A DNA stretch of 64,000 nucleotides, from contig OY969474.1 of assembly GCA_963700145.1 (NCBI GenBank), forward strand, positions 4,352,001 to 4,416,000, read 5' to 3'. Under the pieces are notes generated by a model. It had not been told where the DNA came from. It searched no databases and saw nothing but the letters and a program-made list of their open reading frames with translations. The position numbers were made by a program, and so were the translations under genes. Shown here piece by piece: positions 37,845 to 47,440 of this stretch (positions within the stretch are counted from its first letter, which is position 1; each line of letters starts with the position of its first letter). The DNA comes from an uncultured Acidobacteriota bacterium. GTDB lineage: Bacteria; Acidobacteriota; Thermoanaerobaculia; Multivoradales; UBA5704.

Positions 37845-38740
37845 GACGAGCGTCCTCCGGCGCGCGGATGGAGCACGCGCCAGCCGCGCGCCGCGCAGCG
37901 CCGGACCGCGTCCGCGGGATCGCGGGTGGCGAGGTAGCTCGGGGCGTCGTAGGGCGGCAGCTGCGGTGGCCGGCCGGACGGTTCCAGCCGCAGCCCGAAG
38001 AAATCGCGCCCGAGCCCGAAGACGGTATAGCCGAAGGCTTGGAGGTCGTCCTCGATCGACCGAGCTTCGTCGCCATAGGCCTCGTAGATGATCGTCCGGA
38101 TGCGGCCGCCGGCGAGGGCGTCGCGGGCCCCGGCGAGCACCCTGCGCTCGTGGCCTTCGACGTCGATCTTCATCAGCCCCGGCGCCGCCCCTGCCAGCAC
38201 TTGATCGGCCGTCGTCGCCTGGACCCGCAGCGCGGCGCCGTCCCGGCTGGTCAGGCGCGCCACGCCGCGGTTCCTACCGAACTCCTCGCCCGCCTCGAGG
38301 TAGGCCTCACCGGCGGCGTCGCTGAGCGCGAGCGGCAGAACCTCGATGGGCGCGAGCCGCCCGCGCGGCGCGTAGAGCGCGGCGTTGTGGAGCAGCTCCT
38401 CGTAGAGGCCGGGATGGGGCTCGAACGCGAGCACCTTGCCGGCGGGCCCGCTGCGCAGCGCCATGATGCCGGTCATGTAGCCGATGTTGGCGCCCACGTC
38501 GAGCACGAGATCGCCGGGATCGACGAGCCGCCAGAGGGCCTCGCTGACGGCGAGGTCGTAGATCCCAAGTCGCAAGATGGCTTTTCCGATGTCCTCCTCG
38601 GTATTGATCTGGATCGGCAGCCCCCAAGGAAGCCTGATCTCGCGCACCTTCCGGCGGCGGCGCCGTGCCGTTTCCAGGAGTCGCCTCATCGCCTGCTGTG
38701 GCCGCAGGAAGTAGTGTGGCTTAATCAGCTCTTTGCTCAC
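37841..38740 (-). CDS. FkbM family methyltransferase
   Basis: LDVGANIGY, AFEP, MKIDVEGHE; GTG start at 38740 overlaps the upstream TGA. Confidence 0.85.
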   Translation of the reverse strand: MSKELIKPHYFLRPQQAMRRLLETARRRRRKVREIRLPWGLPIQINTEEDIGKAILRLGIYDLAVSEALWRLVDPGDLVLDVGANIGYMTGIMALRSGPAGKVLAFEPHPGLYEELLHNAALYAPRGRLAPIEVLPLALSDAAGEAYLEAGEEFGRNRGVARLTSRDGAALRVQATTADQVLAGAAPGLMKIDVEGHERRVLAGARDALAGGRIRTIIYEAYGDEARSIEDDLQAFGYTVFGLGRDFFGLRLEPSGRPPQLPPYDAPSYLATRDPADAVRRCAARGWRVLHPRAGGRSS

Positions 38741-39534
38741 CCGATCCCCACACTCGTCGAGGTTGCGGCATCGGGTATTCCAAGCGTGTTCCAGGGAGCA
38801 ATGGCAAGCGGCCTGCGCGCCTCGGGTGCGGCGGCGGCATCGAGGATCGCGTAGCAATGACGACGTAGAACTTCCGAGACTCCGGCGGCGTTCTCGGCGG
38901 TGACTTCGCAAAGGACCACCGGCCGGACTTCACTGAGCAGCCGGCTCGCGCCGCGCAGGCAATTGAGTTCGGCTCCTTCGGCGTCTATCTTGACCAAGTT
39001 CGGTGGTCGGGAGGTCTCGAGCAGAGTGTCGAGCATCACCGTGGCGACTTGCCGCGTCTCCCGAGCCCCGCCCGTCTGCGAGGACCCGGCGACACCCGCG
39101 AGGTGGTTCGAGGCTCGGCCGCGCCGCGCGATAAAGAACTCGGAGGTGCCTGCACGATCGGATACCGCGGCGGCGAGCACGACGACCGGTGCAGAGGCTG
39201 GAAGCGCCTCGGCAGCGGAGCGACGCAGAAGGCCCGCGAGCCACTCGTCTGGCTCGATCGCCAAGACCTCGCCCTCGCTGCCGGCGCGAAACGCCGCAGC
39301 GAAGGCGAAAAGCCCGACATTGGCGCCGACATCCCAAACCGTCGCGCGGGGGGACACCAACTCGGCTGCCAGGCGTAACAGGAGGGGGTCGGTCCTGGCA
39401 AGGCCCGGCAGCCAGAGTGAGAGCGCGGCGTCGGGAGTGACGAAGATCCTCCGGCCACCGAGCTCCGCCGGCAGGCGGCGCCGCAAGACCCGGCCACGGC
39501 TCGCCCGCTCCAGCAATGAGCGCATGAGCCGCAT
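38737..39534 (-). CDS. FkbM family methyltransferase
   Basis: WDVGANVGLF, AIEP, VKIDAEGAE, RPVVLCE. Confidence 0.85.
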   Translation of the reverse strand: MRLMRSLLERASRGRVLRRRLPAELGGRRIFVTPDAALSLWLPGLARTDPLLLRLAAELVSPRATVWDVGANVGLFAFAAAFRAGSEGEVLAIEPDEWLAGLLRRSAAEALPASAPVVVLAAAVSDRAGTSEFFIARRGRASNHLAGVAGSSQTGGARETRQVATVMLDTLLETSRPPNLVKIDAEGAELNCLRGASRLLSEVRPVVLCEVTAENAAGVSEVLRRHCYAILDAAAAPEARRPLAIAPWNTLGIPDAATSTSVGIG

Positions 39535-39609
39535 CAGCTCCTCGCTTGCGGCGTCGGGTTGAGGACGATCACACTATGCTCGGCGCCCATCGAAATGGTG
39601 GACGCATGC

Positions 39610-41268
39610 TTACCGTGGACGCTGTGATGAATCGAGTTGGACCCAGCACACCGAGTCTGCCGCCAACTTGTGCCGCTCCTGCCAACGCCGAAGGTCCCTG
39701 CGAAGCTCTTGGGCTTCCTGCGGGTTAGAGAAAACATTTCTTCCCAGCAGGCCGTATTCAGCCGGCTCCCATCTCGTATAAGCGCCTCCATTGACCGTTG
39801 GAACGGCTGTGCGCAGTTGGGCGATCATGGCCTCTGCACCATAGACCCAATGCGGCGTTGCGTTCGATCCTTGAGCGATGACGGTATAGGAAGCTTGGCA
39901 GTCCGCTCGCACATCGCGGCTCAGCCACTCGACGACGGTCCGCGTCTTCCGCAAAGAGAAGGTATATTCGCTGTAACCCTGCTCTACAACTGCAAGCAGC
40001 GCGATACCTAACATGCCCGCTCCCCAACGAGTACGCGTCGACCATTCGGCCAGTCCGATCGCAAGCGGAAGTACCAGAAACACGCCGAAGCGCGAGACGA
40101 AACGAATACCACCTGCTCCAGGGATCGCGGAAGCGACGAGCTGCCAGGCTGAAAAGCCCCCAGGCAGTTCGGTGATCAGCAAGGGCAGGGAGATGCCCGC
40201 CAGCAGAGCGATGTGCGCTCTCGGCTGATCACGGCCCTTCCAGAGCCCGAAGGCGGCCAGCAAGGCCGTACAGAGACCGACCCCAAGTCGCTGTCCCATC
40301 TCGTGAGGAAGTCCAGCGAACAACCCACTGCGGCCGGCCCAGAAGTAGACCAATGAACGCCGACCTGTGTACACCCAGCTGCGCCACTCAGCGAGTGTCG
40401 GCTCCGACGCGTCGGATGACCAGCCGAGCTCACCAACGACTGCTAGGTAGTGACTGACCAGGGGATAGAGCGCTAAGGCTGCCAAGACTGTGCTGGCGAT
40501 CAACGCAGAGGCACTGCGGCGCAGCATCTGAGTCACTACCGCCCGATGAGGACCGAGAAGCGCAATGCATGCGACGACGAGAATACCGACGGCCCCGAAC
40601 CAGCCCAAATACAGGCAGGCGTACATCTGCGCGACGAGAGCGAGAGCGGTGAAGTAGACCCAGCCGGCGGCTTGGCCGCGAGCCCGCAGCAAACGGCAGA
40701 TGCCATACCACGCCAGGTAGGAGTAGAACAGCGTCAAAAGCTGCGGATTGTTGACCTGCGCAGCCAGCACGCCGGCATAGGCACAGAAGAAGCTGCCGAA
40801 GGCCGCGGGAAGCGCAGCGTAACCGAGTCCGCCGCGAAGTAATAGGTATGCGGCTGCATAGTTGAGGATCGGCAGCACGAACAACCAGGCTGAGTAGGCG
40901 TTATCGAGCGAAAGACCTGCACCACGGAAAAGCGAATAGATCGGCGCCACCCCCAAGAGAGTCTCCGAATACGCTAGGACATTGGGCGCGGGATAGTAGA
41001 CGGGGGGACTCCAGAGACGCGCATGATCGGCTCGACCGATCATCCAGAGGTAATCATGCTCGAGGATGAAGTTGACGAGCAGGTGCGTCATGTAATCGCC
41101 CGGAACCCGGTCAAACCCACTGAACAGGCTGTGGTGGTAGAAGAGAAGCTGGCCGATGCCAACCAGCAGCAGGATCGCCGTCCAATGTGGTCGCTGGCGC
41201 AAGAGGTTCACAACGACCGGACGAACCTCGGCGTCCGCCGAGCTTCCTTGCCAGCGTAAGCTCCTCAT
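39610..41268 (-). CDS. Multi-pass membrane protein, GT-C/YfhO-like
   Basis: LWSPPVYYPAPNVLAYSETLLG, many transmembrane helices, IRFVSRF, PTVNGG; ATG 41268 overlaps the carbamoyltransferase stop. Confidence 0.7.
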   Translation of the reverse strand: MRSLRWQGSSADAEVRPVVVNLLRQRPHWTAILLLVGIGQLLFYHHSLFSGFDRVPGDYMTHLLVNFILEHDYLWMIGRADHARLWSPPVYYPAPNVLAYSETLLGVAPIYSLFRGAGLSLDNAYSAWLFVLPILNYAAAYLLLRGGLGYAALPAAFGSFFCAYAGVLAAQVNNPQLLTLFYSYLAWYGICRLLRARGQAAGWVYFTALALVAQMYACLYLGWFGAVGILVVACIALLGPHRAVVTQMLRRSASALIASTVLAALALYPLVSHYLAVVGELGWSSDASEPTLAEWRSWVYTGRRSLVYFWAGRSGLFAGLPHEMGQRLGVGLCTALLAAFGLWKGRDQPRAHIALLAGISLPLLITELPGGFSAWQLVASAIPGAGGIRFVSRFGVFLVLPLAIGLAEWSTRTRWGAGMLGIALLAVVEQGYSEYTFSLRKTRTVVEWLSRDVRADCQASYTVIAQGSNATPHWVYGAEAMIAQLRTAVPTVNGGAYTRWEPAEYGLLGRNVFSNPQEAQELRRDLRRWQERHKLAADSVCWVQLDSSQRPR

Positions 41269-43046
41269 CCTTCGCAACGGCGGAGCACGACGTCCCCGAG
41301 CACCAGCCGGTCCATCCGCGTGCGCAGGAAGCAGTCGAGCGCCTCGGCCGGGGTGTTGACGATCGGCTCGTTCTCGTTGAACGAGGTGTTGAGCACCATC
41401 GGCACGCCGGTGCGCTCCTCGAAGGCGCGGATGAGCGCCCAGTAGCGCGGGTTGGCGCGGCGCGAGACGGTCTGCAGGCGCCCGGTACCGTCGACGTGAG
41501 TCACGGCCGGTACCGCGGCGCGCCGCTCCGGGCGGACGGGGTAGACCTTGAGCATGAAGGGGTCGGGCACGTCGATCGTGAACCAGTCGCCGGTCCGCTC
41601 CTCCAGCACCGACGGGGCGAACGGGCGGAAGGACTCGCGGCGCTTGATCTTGCGGTTGAGCAGGTCGCGCATGTCGCCGCGGCGCGGGTCGGCCAGGATC
41701 GAGCGGTTGCCGAGCGCCCGCGGCCCCCACTCCGAGCGCCCCTGGTACCAGCCGACGACCTCGCCCTCGGCGATCGCCGCCGCCGTCTCGGCGACGAGCG
41801 CCGCCTCGTCGCGCGCGGCCTCGACGCGCACCGGTCCCTCCTCGTACTCCCAGGTGCCGTCGGCGCCGTGCGAGCCCGCCAGGCGCTCGGCGACGGCGCG
41901 CCGCGCCTCGACCTCGCCGTAGGCCGGCCCCCAGTAGCTGTGCTCCATGACGAAGTCGCGCGGGCCGCCCAGCTCCTGGTGGTGCACCCAGAGAGCGGCG
42001 CCGAGGGCGGTGCCGGCGTCCCCCGCCGCGGCCTGGATGAAGACCTCCGCGACGTCGGTCTCGGCGAAGAGCTTGCCGTTGGCGACGGAGTTCAAGGCGC
42101 AGCCGCCGGCCAGGGCGAGACGGGAGAGGCCGGTCCGTTTCTGGAGCGCCCGCACCAGGGCGAAGAAGCGCTCCTCGTAGACCCGCTGCAGCGACGCGGC
42201 GAGATCGCGATGGCGGTCGGTCAACTCGTCGCCGGGCTGCCGGGCCGGTCCCAGCAGCTCTTCGAGCGCCGGCGTGTAGATCGGGCCGAGGGTCGGCGCG
42301 CCGTCCTCCCAGGTCATCTCCACTCCCTCGGAGAGGTGGCGGAAGTAGCGCAGGTCGAGGCGGAAGCCGCCGTCGCCGGTGGCCGGCACCAGGCGCGCGA
42401 CCTCGGCGGTGTGGCGCGGCTCGCCGTAGGCCGCCAGGCCCATCAGCTTGTACTCGTCGCCGAAGCCGGGGAAGCCGAGGTACTGGGTCACCGCGCTGTA
42501 GAGCAGCCCGAGCGAGTGCGGGAAGTGGACGCGGTCGAGCACCTCCAGCCGGTTGCCGCGCCCCACCGCCGACATCGTCGAGACGAAGTCGCCGAAGCCG
42601 TCGACCGAGAGGCACATCGCCTCCTCGAAGGGCGAGCAGAAGAACGCCGAGGCGATGTGGGCGAGGTGGTGCTCGACGGGATGGAGGGACGGCGCCTTCG
42701 CGACGCCGAAGGCGCGGGCGATGCGGCTCTCCAGTGTCCCCACCTGCGCCAGGTTGCGCGCCCGCGAGACGGCCCGCGGCAGGCTCTTCGGGTGGCTCAG
42801 CGCCAGCGCCGCCTTGCGCAGCAGGTAGGCGCGCGGCTGGCGCGAGACGGCGAGCGCGGTGACGCCTTCGAGGCCGCCGCCGTCAGCCTCTGCGGCGCAC
42901 CAGCGCAGGGCGTGCTCGGGGAAGCCGGCCCAATGCTTGACCCGGCGGAAGCGCTCCTCCTCGACGCCGGCCACGAAGCGGCCGTCCACCACGGCCGCCG
43001 CCGAGGCGTCGGCGTGGAAGGCGGAGAGGCCGAGGACGGTGCTCAC
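41265..43046 (-). CDS. Carbamoyltransferase (NodU/CmcH family)
   Basis: EEERFRRVKH, HHLAH, SVDGFGD, EYKLMGLAAYG, AGGCALN, GPRALGNRS, RESFRPFAP, HVDGTGRLQ, NTSFN. Confidence 0.93.
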   Translation of the reverse strand: MSTVLGLSAFHADASAAAVVDGRFVAGVEEERFRRVKHWAGFPEHALRWCAAEADGGGLEGVTALAVSRQPRAYLLRKAALALSHPKSLPRAVSRARNLAQVGTLESRIARAFGVAKAPSLHPVEHHLAHIASAFFCSPFEEAMCLSVDGFGDFVSTMSAVGRGNRLEVLDRVHFPHSLGLLYSAVTQYLGFPGFGDEYKLMGLAAYGEPRHTAEVARLVPATGDGGFRLDLRYFRHLSEGVEMTWEDGAPTLGPIYTPALEELLGPARQPGDELTDRHRDLAASLQRVYEERFFALVRALQKRTGLSRLALAGGCALNSVANGKLFAETDVAEVFIQAAAGDAGTALGAALWVHHQELGGPRDFVMEHSYWGPAYGEVEARRAVAERLAGSHGADGTWEYEEGPVRVEAARDEAALVAETAAAIAEGEVVGWYQGRSEWGPRALGNRSILADPRRGDMRDLLNRKIKRRESFRPFAPSVLEERTGDWFTIDVPDPFMLKVYPVRPERRAAVPAVTHVDGTGRLQTVSRRANPRYWALIRAFEERTGVPMVLNTSFNENEPIVNTPAEALDCFLRTRMDRLVLGDVVLRRCEG

Positions 43047-43921
43047 CGCGTCTCCCCCTCATGCAACAGCTCCTCGAGCCGCACGTCCACGACCAGCCGG
43101 AACCAGAAGGCCTGAAGGAAGTGGAAGACGAAGCCGTTCTTGCCGTCGAGGACACCCAGGAGCAGCACGTAGCGGTAGAAGAAGTAGAGGAACGGCCGCA
43201 GGTAGAGCGGCAGCCCGTACCAGCGCTCCTTGAGCCAGAGGACGCGCTCGTCGGCGTGCCCGAAGAGGCGCGGGCGCGTCTTCCAGGCGACCTCGCCGCG
43301 GCGCCGCGCCCGCTCCTCGCGCGCGAAGGCCTCGGCGTAGCGCAGGTGCTTCTGGAGGTAGAAGAGGATCGCGTCCTCCTTCTTGTTCCACTCCTCGAGC
43401 GGCGCGCGCAGGCGCCCCACCGGGCCGCGGACGTAGACGCGGGTGTCCTGCTCGTGCGGGTCGAGCTCGCCCTTGCCGCGGCGGAAGAGCTTGAGCATCG
43501 CCTTGCGGCCGTAGCCGCCGAAGCGGAGGGGCTTGCCGCGGAAGATCTGCCGCCGGCGGATGTAGAAGCCGTCCTCGCGCGGTCCGGGGCCGGCGAGGAG
43601 GGCGGCGATCTCGGCGCGCAGCGCCGGCGTCAGCGCCTGGTCGGCTTCGAGGATCAGCACCCAGTCGCTCGCGATCGGCAGGTGGTCGAGCCCCCACTGG
43701 AAGATCCAGGGGATGATCCGCGTGTCGTCGTAGGGGAGGCCCTCCACCCGGTCGGCGTAGCGGCGGGCGATCTCGACCGTGCGGTCGCCGCTCTCGGAGT
43801 CGAGGACGAAGACCTGCGCGGCGAAGCCGTGGACGCTCTGGAGGCAGCGCTCCAGGTTGGCCTCCTCGTTGCGCGTGGCGACGAGGACGGCGATTGGGAC
43901 GCGCGGCGTCGGCTCGCTCAC
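43043..43921 (-). CDS. Glycosyltransferase family 2 (beta-1,4-glucosyltransferase-like)
   Basis: TRNEEANLERCL, LDSESGDRT, LEADQ, YRYVLLLGVLDG. Confidence 0.82.
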   Translation of the reverse strand: MSEPTPRVPIAVLVATRNEEANLERCLQSVHGFAAQVFVLDSESGDRTVEIARRYADRVEGLPYDDTRIIPWIFQWGLDHLPIASDWVLILEADQALTPALRAEIAALLAGPGPREDGFYIRRRQIFRGKPLRFGGYGRKAMLKLFRRGKGELDPHEQDTRVYVRGPVGRLRAPLEEWNKKEDAILFYLQKHLRYAEAFAREERARRRGEVAWKTRPRLFGHADERVLWLKERWYGLPLYLRPFLYFFYRYVLLLGVLDGKNGFVFHFLQAFWFRLVVDVRLEELLHEGETR

Positions 43922-45054
43922 GCCGCGGCCCTCCGCTTGGTCACGCGCTCCGCCGCGTCCAGCAAGCCGCGCCAGGCGGCCGCGTAGTCCCACGCCGCCA
44001 GAACCCGCTCGTTTTCCGCGCGCACGCCGGCGGGATCGAGCGCCAGCGCTGCCGCGAGCCGGCAGGCGAGCCCTTCCCAGTCGCCGGCCTCGTAGACCTC
44101 GCCGTTGCGCCCCGGCAGGACCAGGTCGTGCGCCGCGCCGACGCGCGAGGAAGCGACGACCGGCAGCCCGCAGGCGAGCGCCTCCTGGACCGAGACCCCC
44201 CAGCGCTCCTCCCGCGCCGGGTGCACGAAGACGTCGGCGGCGGCGTAGAGATCCGGCAGCTCGGGGTAGGGGACGTAGCCGGGGAAACGGACGCGCCCCG
44301 GGGCCAGCTCGGCGGCCAGGCTCTCCAGCTCCGCGCGCTGCGGGCCGTCGCCGGCGAGGACGAGCGCGGCGCCCTGGGGCAGCCGGGGGAAGGCGTGCAC
44401 GAGGTCCCAGGGCGCCTCGCGCGGGTTGAACTTGGCGAGCGAGAGGACGAGCTTGGCGCCCGGAGACACGCCGAGCCGCTCGCGGGCGGCTTGCCGCGCC
44501 TCGGCGGTCAGCCGCGAGCCCGCGCGGAAGTGCTCGACGTCCACCGCGTAGGGGAACAGCGCCGTCCGCTCCGGCGGCACGCCGCAGGCGCGGAGATAGT
44601 CCAGGGTCAGCGTTCCCACCCCGAAAAACAGGTCGTAGGCCCGGGCCAGCAGCCCGGAGACCAGCAAGCGCTTCGCCCGCCGCCGCGTCGGCGAGGCGTC
44701 GAAGAGAACGGAGTCGAGGCGCAAGCCGGTCGGCACGCCGCCGCGGCGCGCGATCGCCGCGGCGAGCAGGTGGAGCCGCCGGGTGTAGCCGTTGGTGATC
44801 AGGAGGTCGCAGCCGCCGAGCCGCTCGCGCAGCCAGCGCGCTCGCCCGTCCGGCGGCAGCACCGCGTGCGGGTAGCCGCCAAGCAGGTCGATGCCCCATG
44901 GGATCTCCCGCCCCAGCTCGGGATCGAACGGCGGCGCCGCCGGCTCGGGCTCGGTGAAGAAAGGGACCAGCTCGCCGCCGCCGGCGCTGGCGGCGTAGCG
45001 GTAGAACGGGGCCTCGAACTGGGTCGGGCGCTCGACCAGGAAGACGATCTTCAA
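43918..45054 (-). CDS. Glycosyltransferase family 4
   Basis: PYAVD, AGDGP, ADVFVHP, ERWGVSVQEALACG; TTG start. Confidence 0.82.
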   Translation of the reverse strand: MKIVFLVERPTQFEAPFYRYAASAGGGELVPFFTEPEPAAPPFDPELGREIPWGIDLLGGYPHAVLPPDGRARWLRERLGGCDLLITNGYTRRLHLLAAAIARRGGVPTGLRLDSVLFDASPTRRRAKRLLVSGLLARAYDLFFGVGTLTLDYLRACGVPPERTALFPYAVDVEHFRAGSRLTAEARQAARERLGVSPGAKLVLSLAKFNPREAPWDLVHAFPRLPQGAALVLAGDGPQRAELESLAAELAPGRVRFPGYVPYPELPDLYAAADVFVHPAREERWGVSVQEALACGLPVVASSRVGAAHDLVLPGRNGEVYEAGDWEGLACRLAAALALDPAGVRAENERVLAAWDYAAAWRGLLDAAERVTKRRAAA

Positions 45055-46241
45055 GCGCCCGTCCCCGCGGCGTGACGGGCCAGCGCCTCGCCGTAGACCC
45101 GCTCCATCTCGCGCGCCACCGCCGGCCAGGCGAAGCGCTCGGCGGCCGCCGCGGCGCCGCGCCGGCCCATCGCCCGCGCCGCCTCCGGGTCGGCGAGGAG
45201 CGCGCGCAATGCTTCTCCGAGCCGCTCGGGCGCGCCCTCGACGACCACGCCGCTGCCGCTCTCGCGTACCGCCTCCGCCAGCCCCACCTCGGGCGTGACG
45301 ACGACCGGGAGGCCGGCCGCCATCGCCTCGACCACGACGTTGCCGAAGTTCTCCGAGTAGGAGGTCAGGGCCAGCGCGGCGGCGCCGTGGAGGAGCGCGC
45401 TCTTCGTGCCGCCATGCACCTCGCCGAGGAAGACGACGCGGCCGGCGACCCCGTGCTCCGCGGCCAGCCGCTCGAGTGCCGGCCGGTACGCCTCCTCGTC
45501 GTTCCCCGCGACGGCGAGCACGGCCTCCGGCGCGTGCGCCAGCGCGGCGATCAGGCGGTCGAGCCCTTTCTTCCAGCTCACCCGCCCGAGGAAGAGGACG
45601 AACGGTAGGCCGGAGAGGAGGTCCCGCACCGCGGCAGGCAGCTCGCCCGCGGCCGCCGGCTCGCCCGTGCCGTTCAGCTCGACGCCGTTCGGCACCACCG
45701 CCAGCGGCGGCAGCGGCAGGCCCAGCCGCCGCGCTTCCTCGCCTTCGAGCGCACTGGTGACGTGGAGGGCCGCGGCCTCGGCCAGGGTGCGCCGCTCGAC
45801 GAGCCGGATCCAAACCCGCTTGCGCAGCCGGCCGCGCCGCTGGATGAGGTCCGGGACCAGCATGCCGCGCGGCGAGACGACGTACGGGACGCCGGCGCGG
45901 GCCGCGGCGCGCGCCGCCGCGCGCGTCGGCCAGAGGAAGACCGAGTGGAGGTGGACGAGGTCGAGCTCGGGCATGCGCGCCGCCAGCGCTTCCCCGAGCG
46001 CCGGCGCGCGGTAGAGCCGCCGCGGCGGCGCCGTCGGGAAGTACCAGACCTCGACGCCGTCGAGCGCCACCGGCTGCCCGAGCGGCACCTCCAGGCGGCC
46101 GTCGCCGTGGACGTCGGTGGTGAAGACGGTCACCTGATGGCCGCGCGCGACGAGGGCGCGCGCCAGCCCGTGCACGGCGCGGACCGGGCCGCCGTGCCGC
46201 CAGGCCGGCAGGTAGGTGGGGACGACGTGGAGCAGCTTCAC
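45051..46241 (-). CDS. Glycosyltransferase family 4
   Basis: HGGPVRAV, SPRGML, FLGRVSWKKG, SENFGNVVVEAMAAG. Confidence 0.87.
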   Translation of the reverse strand: MKLLHVVPTYLPAWRHGGPVRAVHGLARALVARGHQVTVFTTDVHGDGRLEVPLGQPVALDGVEVWYFPTAPPRRLYRAPALGEALAARMPELDLVHLHSVFLWPTRAAARAAARAGVPYVVSPRGMLVPDLIQRRGRLRKRVWIRLVERRTLAEAAALHVTSALEGEEARRLGLPLPPLAVVPNGVELNGTGEPAAAGELPAAVRDLLSGLPFVLFLGRVSWKKGLDRLIAALAHAPEAVLAVAGNDEEAYRPALERLAAEHGVAGRVVFLGEVHGGTKSALLHGAAALALTSYSENFGNVVVEAMAAGLPVVVTPEVGLAEAVRESGSGVVVEGAPERLGEALRALLADPEAARAMGRRGAAAAAERFAWPAVAREMERVYGEALARHAAGTGA

Positions 46242-47440
46242 GCGGCCTCCGCGCGCCGCAGCGACGCGAACAGGGCCGCGACGCGCTCGTGGTACGTGGA
46301 CCAGCCGGCCCCGGCGACCGAGGTCCGGCAGCCCGGGCGCATGGCGCGCAGCGCCGGCCGGTTGCGGACGCACCAGAGCATCCGCTCGGCGAGTGCGCCG
46401 GCGTCGCCCGCCCGCACGACCCAGCCGTTGCGTCCCTCGACGACCAGCTCCTTGGCGCCCACGCGGTCCGAGACCAGCGCCGGCAGTCCGCTCGCCAGCG
46501 ACTCGGCGACGACCATCCCGAACGACTCGTTGCGGGAAGGGAGCACCAAACAGTCGGCCGAGCGGAAGCGGGCGGCCAGCTCGGCTTGGGGCAGCGATCC
46601 GAGAACCGAGACCCCGGAGGGCAGAGGAGAGAGAAGAGACGTGGCGTCGCCCGGGGGGCCGATAATCAGCAGGCGCACGGCGGGCTCCGCCTTCCTGGTC
46701 AGGGCGAAGGCCTCGAGCAGGACGTCGGTTCCCTTGAGCCGGCTCGCCGCGCCCGCGAACAGGAACGTGAAGTCGCTCGCGGCGCCGCCGCCCGGCTCGG
46801 CGCCTGCGTCCTCGAACAGCTCGAGGTCCACGCCCAGGGGCACGCAGTGCACCCGCTCCGGGGGAACGCCCGCCTCGACGTAGCTCTCCCGGGCCTGCGC
46901 CGAGACCGTCAGCACGTGGTCGGCGAGCGCCACCTCCAGGTCCTTCACCTGGCGGATGCGGCGACCCAGAGAGCGCGGCGTGGACTCGCCGGCGAAGCGG
47001 TCCTGGGTGCGGTGGTGCGTCGCCGGCGCGTCCAGGATCGTCGTCAGCCCGAGCCGCCGCGCGCGCCGGAAGGTCGCCAGCGCCGAGATCTCGCACGCCA
47101 CCACAGCATCCACCGCCTGGGGCCGGAGCCGCGCGGCGGCCCAACGATCGAACCGCCGGCAGGCGAGAAAGTCCGTGTAGGCGGCGAGCGGTGGCGGCAG
47201 CAGGAGGTCCCCCAGCCGGCGGAGGGCGGGAGCCCAGGGCGCCCACCGCACCCGATCCTCGGGCAGCGCCACCGGCCGATAGCGCACGAAGCGTTCCCAG
47301 AGAGGCCGCGGCACGTACCGGCGGTGCCGGTCGAGGCTGGGCACTCCCGCCCAGTAGCCGGCCAGCATGCCGGCCTTCGCCAGCGACAGCGCGATCTGGT
47401 GCGAGTGCTGGCGGCCCGGATGGGTGACCAGCACCTTCAT
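46238..47440 (-). CDS. Glycosyltransferase family 4
   Basis: MKVLVTHPGRQHS, PLGVD, KGTDVL, ESFGMVVAESLASG. Confidence 0.85.
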   Translation of the reverse strand: MKVLVTHPGRQHSHQIALSLAKAGMLAGYWAGVPSLDRHRRYVPRPLWERFVRYRPVALPEDRVRWAPWAPALRRLGDLLLPPPLAAYTDFLACRRFDRWAAARLRPQAVDAVVACEISALATFRRARRLGLTTILDAPATHHRTQDRFAGESTPRSLGRRIRQVKDLEVALADHVLTVSAQARESYVEAGVPPERVHCVPLGVDLELFEDAGAEPGGGAASDFTFLFAGAASRLKGTDVLLEAFALTRKAEPAVRLLIIGPPGDATSLLSPLPSGVSVLGSLPQAELAARFRSADCLVLPSRNESFGMVVAESLASGLPALVSDRVGAKELVVEGRNGWVVRAGDAGALAERMLWCVRNRPALRAMRPGCRTSVAGAGWSTYHERVAALFASLRRAEAA

